Shown: one piece after another, positions 19,417 through 26,962 of the stretch
How positions within the stretch are numbered: position 1 is the first letter of the stretch
Layout of the letters: each line of letters opens with the position of its first letter
Assembly: GCA_965223415.1 (NCBI GenBank)
Contig: OZ245002.1
Location: 960,001-1,024,000 of the forward strand
DNA: 64,000 nt
Direction of reading: 5' to 3'
DNA from: Myxococcota bacterium
GTDB taxonomy: Bacteria > Myxococcota_A > UBA9160 > UBA6930
Made by a program: the position numbers and the translations under genes
The notes under the pieces: generated by a model
Seen by the model: only the letters and a program-made list of their open reading frames with translations
Told to the model about the DNA's origin: nothing
The model's database searches: none

Positions 19417-20436
19417 ATGACGCTGCCCACCCCCCTGCGTCTGATGGGCGCGCCGGGCTCGCCGTACACCCGCAAGATGCGGGCGGTGCTGCGCTACCGG
19501 CGCATCCCCTACCAGCTGATCTACGGAGGCTCGCCGGAGGCCAAGGGCCTGCCCCAGCCGAAGGTGCACCTGCTGCCCACCTTCTTCCTGCCGGACGAGG
19601 ACGGCAAGGAGGTGGCGGTCACCGACTCGACGCCGCTCATCCGGCGCTTCGAAGCAGAGTTCGAGGGCCGCAGCCTCATCCCCGAGGATCCGGTGCTCGC
19701 CTTCCTGGACGCGCTCCTCGAGGACTACGGCGACGAGTGGCTCACCAAGGCCATGTTCCACTACCGCTGGTACTACGACGCGGACGTGAAGAAGGCCGGC
19801 GCCATCCTCCCCCTGTGGCAGCGCATCGACGTCAGCGACGAGGAGCTCGCTCCGTTCTCGAAGATGATCTCCGAGCGCCAGATCGAGCGCCTCTGGGTGG
19901 TGGGCTCGAACGACACCACGGCGCCGGTCATCGAGGACAGCTACCGACGCTTCCTGCGGCTGTTCGACGCGCACCTCCAGCAACATCCCTACCTGCTGGG
20001 AGATCGCCCGGGCTCCGGCGACTTCGGCGTGTACGGCCAGCTCACCCAGCTCGCGCTGTTCGATCCGACGCCGGCGGCGGTCACCTACGAGGAGGCGCCG
20101 CGGGTGATCGCCTGGGTGGAACGCATGGAGGATCTCTCCGGCGTGGAGCCCCGCGCGTGGATCGGGAGGGACGCGATCCCCGAGACGCTGAAGGCCCTGC
20201 TCACCGAGGTCGGTCGGGTCTACCCACCCTTCCTGCTGGCCAACGCGGAAGCCCTCGAGAAGGGCGCCGAGCGCGTCGAGACCACCATCGACGGCAGGCC
20301 GTGGACCCAGAAGCCGTTCCCCTACCAGGGCAAGTGCCTGCGCTGGCTTCGCGAGGCCCACACGGCCCTCGGCGCGGGCGACCGCTCGACGGTGGACGCC
20401 ATCCTGGCGGGAACCGGCTGCGAGGCGCTCTTCTGA
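19417..20436 (+). CDS. Glutathione S-transferase-like protein
   Basis: GAPGSPYTRKMRAVLRY, DSTPLI, EDYGDEWL, YLLGDRPGSGDFG. Confidence 0.85.
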   Translation: MTLPTPLRLMGAPGSPYTRKMRAVLRYRRIPYQLIYGGSPEAKGLPQPKVHLLPTFFLPDEDGKEVAVTDSTPLIRRFEAEFEGRSLIPEDPVLAFLDALLEDYGDEWLTKAMFHYRWYYDADVKKAGAILPLWQRIDVSDEELAPFSKMISERQIERLWVVGSNDTTAPVIEDSYRRFLRLFDAHLQQHPYLLGDRPGSGDFGVYGQLTQLALFDPTPAAVTYEEAPRVIAWVERMEDLSGVEPRAWIGRDAIPETLKALLTEVGRVYPPFLLANAEALEKGAERVETTIDGRPWTQKPFPYQGKCLRWLREAHTALGAGDRSTVDAILAGTGCEALF

Positions 20437-20699
20437 TGATGATCGAGGTGAGCGAAGCCCAGATCCGGGAGCTGCTGGAGAATGCGGGCAACCGCTTGCG
20501 GCGGCCGCATCGTGTGGGTCGGCGCCGCCGAGCGCATGGTCGTCGGGGAGGACGCGCTCGACTGGGACCAGGTCGGCCTGGTCGAGGACCCGTCGGTGCC
20601 TTCTTCGAGATGACGGGCAGCGAGGCGTACCAGGAGATCCACGTCCACCGCGACGCGGGTCTGGCCCACCAGCTGCTCGTGCAGTGCCGGTCGGCCTGA
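20436..20699 (+). pseudogene. DUF1330-like gene remnant with deletion and frameshifts
   Basis: Three pieces separated by frame changes: MIEVSEAQIRELL / GGRIVWVGAAERMVVGEDALDWDQVGLVE / AFFEMTGSEAYQEIHVHRDAGLAHQLL. Confidence 0.65.
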
Positions 20700-20711
20700 C
20701 GCCGCGCTCGG

Positions 20712-21341
20712 CTACGGCTCCGCCGCCAGCAGCTTCGTGACGTGTGCGGCCTGGGCCCGCGCGAAATCCTCGTCGAGACGGAGCCGGAACACGCTCTCGA
20801 CCACCGGTCGCGCGAGGAACGGGAAGACGCTCATCGCCAGGACCGAGAGCAGGGAGAGCCGCGGGTCGAGGCCCTCCCGGAGCTGGCCCCGCTCGGAGGC
20901 GCGGGCCAGGACGCGGGCCCCGGCCGCGGCGATGCGGGGCGCGTAGCGGGAGGCGAAGTCGCCCCGCAGCTCGTCGCTCGCCAGCACGGTGCGCGCCATC
21001 AGGACCGGCAGCCAGGGACGCTCGCTCACCTGGACCAGCAGGTCCGCGAGCAGGGCCTCGGCGTCGCGGGGTCGGAGGGGCTCGGAGCTTCCCGCGGCCT
21101 CCTCGAGCCGCTCGAGCACGGGAGCGAAGCCTTCCTCGAGGAGCCCCAGCAGGAGCCCCCTCCGAGAGCCGAAGTAGTAAGGGACCATCGCGGGGGTCAC
21201 CTCGGCCCGGCCGGCGATCCCGCGGAAGGAGAGCGCGTCCGGCCCGTCCTCCAGGATCGCCTCGGCGGCCGCCCGGAGCAGGGCGGCCCGGACCCGGACG
21301 CCTCCTTTCGGACCGCGGCGGCCGGCTTGCAGCTCGGGCAT
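20712..21341 (-). CDS. TetR/AcrR family regulator
   Basis: HTH LSFRGIAGRAEVTPAMVPYYFGSRRGLL. Confidence 0.9.
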   Translation of the reverse strand: MPELQAGRRGPKGGVRVRAALLRAAAEAILEDGPDALSFRGIAGRAEVTPAMVPYYFGSRRGLLLGLLEEGFAPVLERLEEAAGSSEPLRPRDAEALLADLLVQVSERPWLPVLMARTVLASDELRGDFASRYAPRIAAAGARVLARASERGQLREGLDPRLSLLSVLAMSVFPFLARPVVESVFRLRLDEDFARAQAAHVTKLLAAEP

Positions 21342-21379
21342 CGCTGGAGTTTAATTCACTATTGAAATAAATACCAGCG
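21342..21379. promoter_or_regulatory. Putative TetR operator (imperfect palindrome)
   Basis: CGCTGGAGTTTAATTCA-CTAT-TGAAATAAATACCAGCG, 14/17 arm match, AT-rich, between the divergent tetR and methyltransferase genes. Confidence 0.7.
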
Positions 21380-21396
21380 TCCGTAGGAGACCTCCC

Positions 21397-21897
21397 GTGA
21401 GCAACACCCGCCTCGCCCACCTCCGCGCGATCCTGATCCTTCCCTTCAACGTCCTCGTGGTGATCCCCACGCTCATCGCGTGGCTCGCCCGCGACCCGGT
21501 GGCGGTGGCCGGGGTCGCGGACCTCCGGCTGTGGGGTGGGCTCGCCTGCCTCGTCGCCGGGGTCGGGCTCATGGCCTGGACCATCGGGCGCTTCTTCCAG
21601 GAAGGGGACGGAACCCTCGCTCCCTGGGACCCGACCCAGCACCTGGTGGTCGCCGGCGTCTACCGCCACGTGCGCAACCCGATGATCACCGGAGTCGTGC
21701 TCAACCTGGTCGGCGAGACGCTCGTCCTGGCCTCGCCGGGCATCGGCCTGTGGGCCGCCCTCTTCTTCGCCGGCAACGCCCTCTACATCCCCCTCGTCGA
21801 AGAGCCGGGCCTCGAGAAGCGCTTCGGCGAGGACTACCGACGCTACCGCGCCGCCGTTCCCCGCTGGCTACCCCGCCTGCGCCCCTGGACCCCCTAG
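21397..21897 (+). CDS. Isoprenylcysteine carboxyl methyltransferase/PEMT-like membrane protein
   Basis: GTLAPWDPTQHLVVAGVYRHVRNPM, EEPGLEKRFGEDY..Y...VPRW. Confidence 0.88.
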   Translation: MSNTRLAHLRAILILPFNVLVVIPTLIAWLARDPVAVAGVADLRLWGGLACLVAGVGLMAWTIGRFFQEGDGTLAPWDPTQHLVVAGVYRHVRNPMITGVVLNLVGETLVLASPGIGLWAALFFAGNALYIPLVEEPGLEKRFGEDYRRYRAAVPRWLPRLRPWTP

Positions 21898-21900
21898 CCT

Positions 21901-21929
21901 GTCGCGTTGGGGACCGGTTCCGCTTGTTG
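21901..21929 (+). repeat. 29-bp dispersed repeat, copy 2
   Basis: 25/29 identical to 15281-15309. Confidence 0.5.
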
Positions 21930-22060
21930 GGCCGCGGGGTCCAAGGCTTGGCTTCGGTGGCGTGGGCGGGCGGAGCCGAAGACCGCGAGTCCGAGGATGC
22001 CGCTGGCCAGCATCCACCTGGCGGAGGGCGCGGGCAACGGGGTTGTCGGCCCGCGGGCGG

Positions 22061-22083
22061 GGGCGACAACGAGGTTGTCGCCC
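22061..22083. terminator. Hairpin just after the PFK-2/FBPase-2 stop (REP-like or terminator-like)
   Basis: GGGCGACAAC-GAG-GTTGTCGCCC, perfect 10-bp stem; a degenerate copy lies at about 22032-22052; no U-tract. Confidence 0.4.
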
Positions 22084-22085
22084 GC

Positions 22086-23327
22086 TCAGCCCGTCTCTAC
22101 CCGGGGCGGGAGCGCGGCGCGCTCCTCGAGGCAGCCGTAGGCGGTCGGCGTGAGCTTGATCAGGGTGTGGAGCGGCATCTCCAGGTGGGGCGTCTCTTCG
22201 ATGGGCAGCTGGCGGAAGTAGGCGACCATCGCCCGCAGCACGGCGCGATGGGCGATCACCAGCACCGGCGTGCGATAGCGCTCGAGCTCGATCAGGACGC
22301 GATCGATGCGGTGGATCACGTCCAGATAGGACTCACCGCGCGGATAGCGGTAGGCGAGCTTGTCCTTCTTGCGCGCGGCGAACTCGCCGGGCATCGAGCG
22401 TTCGATCTCGGTGTAGGTCATGCCGTCGCAGGCGCCGGCCTGGATCTCGTCGAGGGCCTTCCACGACCCCGCCTCCACGCCGAGGGGCGCGGCCGTCTGG
22501 AGCGTGCGGCGCAGCGTGCTGGTCCACACGTCCAGATCCCCCTCGGGCGGGAACACCTCGCGAACGTGGACCGCCAGGTTGGTGGCGTACTCCTCCCCGG
22601 CCGGAGAGAGGGAGGCGTCGCCGCCGATCCGCCCATCCAGGTTGTAGAGGCTCTGGCCGTGGCGGGTCAGCCAGACCGGGCGCCGGGTCACCTGAAGGTT
22701 CGAGAGGAAGAAGACGACCCGCCCGACGATGTACCCGTAGACCTGGTTGATCACCACCTGCGCCCCGCGATTGCGCAGCCGCAGCCAGGGGCCCTCGTCT
22801 TCCCCCAGGGTCTCGTAGACCCGCTCGTAGTGGGCGATGCGCCGGCGGAAATCCGCCAGGGCGTCGGCCTCGGGCACGCCGCGGTAATCCGGCGAGCGGA
22901 GCTTCGTCTCGCGCAGGTTCGCCTCGATGATGGCCGGATCGTCGTTCACGATCTCGACGAAGAGGAGCTCCACGTCCTCCGCGAGGGCGCGCTCGCGGAT
23001 CCACTGGCGGCGCTCGCGGGTGGAGTTCGTGGCGTCGTAGACGGCGATTCGCCCGGGCCCCCGCAGCCACGCACAGGCCTCGTCCAGGGCCTCGCGGGCC
23101 AGCTCCGCCCGCCGCAGGGAGGCCTCCCGGTTCGCGGGATCGAAGAACTCGTGGGACGGGCCGGTCCCGACGGTGGCCCGACGGTGCTCTCCCACGTTGA
23201 AGGCCAGGGTCGGATACCCGAGCCAGGAGAGGTAGCCGACGAGCTTCCGCGCGGTGAAGGTCTTGCCGCGGGCCGGCAGCCCCACCATGGCGATCAGGTG
23301 CTTTCGCCCGCGCCGGGGCCGGCTCAT
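22086..23327 (-). CDS. Bifunctional 6-phosphofructo-2-kinase/fructose-2,6-bisphosphatase (eukaryotic PFKFB-type)
   Basis: Kinase: MVGLPARGKT, FNVGEHRR, AVYDATNSTRERR, SPDY. Phosphatase: RHGQS..N..GRIGGD, WTSTLRRTLQTA, WKALDEI, YRYPRGESY, HRAVLR, PLHT..KLTP.AYGC. RBS GGTGGAG before ATG 23327. Confidence 0.93.
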   Translation of the reverse strand: MSRPRRGRKHLIAMVGLPARGKTFTARKLVGYLSWLGYPTLAFNVGEHRRATVGTGPSHEFFDPANREASLRRAELAREALDEACAWLRGPGRIAVYDATNSTRERRQWIRERALAEDVELLFVEIVNDDPAIIEANLRETKLRSPDYRGVPEADALADFRRRIAHYERVYETLGEDEGPWLRLRNRGAQVVINQVYGYIVGRVVFFLSNLQVTRRPVWLTRHGQSLYNLDGRIGGDASLSPAGEEYATNLAVHVREVFPPEGDLDVWTSTLRRTLQTAAPLGVEAGSWKALDEIQAGACDGMTYTEIERSMPGEFAARKKDKLAYRYPRGESYLDVIHRIDRVLIELERYRTPVLVIAHRAVLRAMVAYFRQLPIEETPHLEMPLHTLIKLTPTAYGCLEERAALPPRVETG

Positions 23328-23376
23328 CTGTCTCCACCCTCCCGGATGCGCAACCCTAGCAGCCGGAGGTGGCACC

Positions 23377-24618
23377 ATGGCGACGATCGGAATCCTGGTG
23401 GGCGGAGGCCCGGCCCCGGGCATCAACGGCGTGATCGGCGCGGCGGCCATCTATGCCCGCCGTCACGGCGCGCGAGTGAAGGGCCTGCTCGACGGCTTCC
23501 GCTGGCTGATGGAAGGCGATGCGAGCAAGGCGACGGACCTGCACATCGGCACCGTCTCCCGCATCCACCTGCTGGGCGGCTCGGTCCTGCAGACCTCGCG
23601 GGCGAATCCGACCAAGAACCCGGAGCACCTGCGGAAGGTGGTCTCCACCCTTCGCGAGCTCGAGATCGATCACCTGGTAACGATCGGCGGGGACGACACC
23701 TGCTACTCGGCGCTGCGCGTCGCCGAGGAGGCCGGTGACGCCATCCGGGTGGCCCACGTTCCGAAGACGATCGACAACGACCTCCCGTTGCCCGAGGGGA
23801 TCCCCACCTTCGGCTTCGAGACGGCGCGCGAGACCGGCGCCACCATCCTGAGCCATCTGATGGAGGACGCGCGCACCACCAGCCGCTGGTACCTCGCGGT
23901 GATGATGGGCCGCTCCGCGGGGCATCTGGCCCTGGGGGCGGCGAAGGCCGCCGGCGCCACCCTGGCCCTCGTCGGAGAGGAGTTCCCGGAGGGACCGATC
24001 CGGCTCGCCGAGGTCGTGCGGCGCATCGAGGCGTCCATCGTCAAGCGGATCGCCTTCCATCGGCCCTACGGCGTCGCCGTGGTGTCCGAAGGCATCGGCG
24101 AGCGGCTCCACCCGGAGGATCTCGAGCGGCTCCCGGAGCTCCCGCGGGACGATCACGGCCACGTGCGGCTGGCCGAGCTACCCCTGGGGCGCCTCCTGGT
24201 CGACGGTGTGAAGCAGGATCTCGGCGAGCTCGGGCTCTCGATGACGATGGTCGCCAAGGACGTGGGCTACGAGCTTCGCTGCGTGGCTCCGAACGCCTTC
24301 GACGCCGAGTACACCCGGGACCTGGGCGCCGGCGCCGTGCGCTGCCTGCTCGACGGCACCCACAAGGTGATGATCACCCGCGAGGGCAACGGCATCCATC
24401 CGGTGCCGCTCACCGACATCCTCGATCGCCAGACCGGCCGCACCCGCGTGCGCCTGCTCGACGTGACCAGCCCGTCCTACAGCATGGGGCGGGCGCTACA
24501 GGTTCGCCTCGAGCAGGAGGACCTCGAGGATCCCCGGGCGGTGCGGCTCCTGGAAGAGGCCACCGGCCGATCGATCGGCCAGCTCCAGGAGCGATGGGCG
24601 AGCGTGCTCGGAGGCTAG
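23377..24618 (+). CDS. pfp: Pyrophosphate-dependent 6-phosphofructokinase
   Basis: GILVGGGPAPGIN, IGGDDT (Asp indicates PPi type), PKTIDND, MGRSAG, GYELRC; RBS GGAGGT. Confidence 0.92.
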   Translation: MATIGILVGGGPAPGINGVIGAAAIYARRHGARVKGLLDGFRWLMEGDASKATDLHIGTVSRIHLLGGSVLQTSRANPTKNPEHLRKVVSTLRELEIDHLVTIGGDDTCYSALRVAEEAGDAIRVAHVPKTIDNDLPLPEGIPTFGFETARETGATILSHLMEDARTTSRWYLAVMMGRSAGHLALGAAKAAGATLALVGEEFPEGPIRLAEVVRRIEASIVKRIAFHRPYGVAVVSEGIGERLHPEDLERLPELPRDDHGHVRLAELPLGRLLVDGVKQDLGELGLSMTMVAKDVGYELRCVAPNAFDAEYTRDLGAGAVRCLLDGTHKVMITREGNGIHPVPLTDILDRQTGRTRVRLLDVTSPSYSMGRALQVRLEQEDLEDPRAVRLLEEATGRSIGQLQERWASVLGG

Positions 24619-24717
24619 GAGCCGACGCCCGCGGGGCACGTGCGCATTTCGCACGGCTCCACCGACGGTGACGGACGAAAACCACCGGGGCGGTGGCGGC
24701 CGATGCGCACCCAGGTA

Positions 24718-24788
24718 GTGACGAACGACACGAACGTCGCGGTGACGAACGACACCAACGAAGCGTCCGTCACTGTGACGAGAGTTAC
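24718..24788. promoter_or_regulatory. Iterated GTGAC-N4-G(A/T)(C/T)AC sites upstream of the mamK-like operon
   Basis: GTGACGAACGACAC(G/C)AACG repeated at 24718 and 24742 (24-bp period), plus GTGACGAGAGTTAC at 24775. Confidence 0.5.
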
Positions 24789-24967
24789 TGCGAGCGCCGT
24801 CGGTGAACGTGCGCGCTTCTCGTGTTCCACTCACTTCGACCGGCGGTTCAATCGCGCGTCCATTTTTTTCGTTCGGGACGCGTTTCTTTTTGACCGCGAT
24901 CACGCGTCGACTCTATGATGCGCCTCGTTCGAACGGCCCAAACAGCAGTTGCCGCGGACGCTCCCCC

Positions 24968-25810
24968 ATGCGCGAACCCACGCCCACCGACGGTGGACAG
25001 AGCTTCAAGATCGACGTCGCGCGCATCATCGATGCGAGCTCGCGTCGCGTTGCGGCGGACGAGCTGGGTGGCCAGGTCGTCCGGGTGGTGGACGCCAGTC
25101 GCATCGACGAAGCGATCGCCCGGGCCGTCGATGACGCCTTGCGCGCCCAGGAGACCAAGCTCGGCCGCTCCCTTCGGCGCGAGGTGGGGTTGGAGGCGAG
25201 CCGGCGCTTCGTCGACCTGATGGGCCGGCACCAACGGGCGGAAGAGGAGCGCCGCGAGGCCCATCGAGCCCGCCGGAAGCTGGAGAAGGAGCTGGACGCG
25301 CTGCGCGAGCAGCTCGCCGCGGAGAGAGCCCGGCTCGAGGGCGAGCACACAAAGGCCGCCGAGCGCGCCTTCTCCCTCTCCGACGACGGGCTTCGGGAGC
25401 TCGAGGCGCACCTGCGCCGGATCGTTTGGGGGTTCGTGAGTGACCAAAGGCGGCGGCGAGCGTTGAGCCCCGGAGGGGCGGACCTCCCGGAGCTCGCTGA
25501 GCTCGAGCGGGTGCTCGGACGCGTGCTCCATCGAGTGCTGGTCCGTGAGCGACTCGCCGCCGCCAGGCCCCTGGATCCCCCGAGCTTGCGTGAGCTCGAG
25601 AACCTGACCCACCGGCTCTTCGACCTGCACGAGCGCCTGGGCGTGCAGGAGCGGGAGATCGCGGAGCTCCGTCGGCTCCGCTCGGTGCCGCCCCGCAGCC
25701 CGCGCGGCGCTTCGACGCCGCGCCCCGGGGGCAACGAGAAGCAGGCCGTCCTCGCGGTGATCTTCAACGAGAACCTGAAGCTCCGCGCCCAGTTCCACCA
25801 AGCCAGCTGA
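24968..25810 (+). CDS. Coiled-coil protein, possibly related to deltaproteobacterial Mad proteins
   Basis: N-terminal IDVARIIDASSRRV..DEL...VRVVDASRIDEAIARAV, heptad-rich middle, C-terminal KQAVLAVIFNENLKL; directly upstream of the mamK-like gene. Confidence 0.65.
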   Translation: MREPTPTDGGQSFKIDVARIIDASSRRVAADELGGQVVRVVDASRIDEAIARAVDDALRAQETKLGRSLRREVGLEASRRFVDLMGRHQRAEEERREAHRARRKLEKELDALREQLAAERARLEGEHTKAAERAFSLSDDGLRELEAHLRRIVWGFVSDQRRRRALSPGGADLPELAELERVLGRVLHRVLVRERLAAARPLDPPSLRELENLTHRLFDLHERLGVQEREIAELRRLRSVPPRSPRGASTPRPGGNEKQAVLAVIFNENLKLRAQFHQAS

Positions 25811-25834
25811 TCCACAGGATCGAAAGGGAGTCCC

Positions 25835-26920
25835 TTGACCGAAACGAACCCCGGGCCCGAGGAGGCCCGTCCGCCCGCCGACATCCTCTATCTCGGAATC
25901 GACTTCGGAACCTCGCGAACGTCGATTGCGGCCAGCAACGGCGTCCGGGACACGGTGCTCTCCTACGTCGGCTACCCGAAGGACCACGTGGCCCGAAAGC
26001 TGCTCCAGAAGGACGCGCTCTTCGGGGAGGAGGCCCTGGAGAAGCAGCTGGCCCTCGACTTCTACCGGCCCCTCGCAGGAGGGCAGATCAAGCACTCCGA
26101 GGACGGCGAGCCAATGGACCCGAAGGTCTTCGAGGCCAACACCCGGGCGGCGGGCGAGCTGCTCCGGCACGCCATCAGCCTCGCGGGGGCGGAGGAGGGC
26201 GCAGTGGTCTACGGCGTGCTCGGATCGCCCGCCCAGGCCAGCATCAAGAACAAGAAGGCCCTGCTGGACGCCTGCGCCGGCGCCCTCGACTCGGTGATGC
26301 TCTGCTCGGAGCCCTTCGCCGTCGCCTACGGCATGGATCGCCTGGACGATGTGCTGGTCATCGACATCGGAGCCGGCACGACGGACCTGTGCCGCATGCA
26401 CGGCACGATGCCCGACGAGGCGGACCAGCTCACGATCCCCTTCGCCGGAGACTGGATCGATCGGCAGCTCGCCGAGCTCTTCGCCCGCAAGTGCGCGGGT
26501 GCCGACTTCACGCTCAACATGGTGAAGCAGGCGAAGGAGAAGTTCGCCTTCGTCACCGAGCCCCAGGCCCGGGCGATCGTCGAGTTTCCGGTGAAGGGGA
26601 AGCCGACCCAGTTCGACGTCACCGACGAGATCCGCGAGGGCTGTGGGCGCATCGTGCCCCACATCGTGAAGGGGCTCCAGGAGCTGATCGCCTCCTTCCA
26701 TCCGGAGTTCCAGGCGCGGCTGCGCCAGAACGTGCTGCTCGCTGGGGGAGGCGGGCAGATCATCGGCCTCGACATCGCCATCGAGAGCTACATGCGGGAG
26801 CACCTGGGAGGCGGAAACGTCACCCGGAGCCAGGAGCCCATGTACGGCGGGGCCCACGGTGCCCTGAAGATCGCCTACGACATGCCGGCCGAGTATTGGG
26901 AGCAGCTGAGCACCGGCTAG
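25835..26920 (+). CDS. mamK: MamK-like bacterial actin
   Basis: GIDFGTS, SYVGYPKD, YRPL, SEPFAVAYG, IDIGAGTTDLCRMHG, AGDWID, FHPEFQ..LRQNVLLAGGG, GALKIAYDMPAEYW; TTG start with RBS AAGGGAG. Confidence 0.88.
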   Translation: MTETNPGPEEARPPADILYLGIDFGTSRTSIAASNGVRDTVLSYVGYPKDHVARKLLQKDALFGEEALEKQLALDFYRPLAGGQIKHSEDGEPMDPKVFEANTRAAGELLRHAISLAGAEEGAVVYGVLGSPAQASIKNKKALLDACAGALDSVMLCSEPFAVAYGMDRLDDVLVIDIGAGTTDLCRMHGTMPDEADQLTIPFAGDWIDRQLAELFARKCAGADFTLNMVKQAKEKFAFVTEPQARAIVEFPVKGKPTQFDVTDEIREGCGRIVPHIVKGLQELIASFHPEFQARLRQNVLLAGGGGQIIGLDIAIESYMREHLGGGNVTRSQEPMYGGAHGALKIAYDMPAEYWEQLSTG

Positions 26921-26962
26921 CCTTACACCGCCGGTGCCGTCGAGCCGGGGCGGGGGCCGAGG

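Noticed and set aside
22086..23327. Eukaryotic contamination as the source of the PFKFB gene
   Set aside because: No introns, a bacterial RBS, host-like codon usage and seamless bacterial neighbours.
24718..24788. Possible mini-CRISPR array
   Set aside because: Only two 19-bp units with a 5-bp spacer, and no cas genes.
25835..26920. Calling this gene mreB, or calling the locus a magnetosome island
   Set aside because: Motifs are MamK-type and mreC/D are absent; no other mam gene is recognisable in the window.
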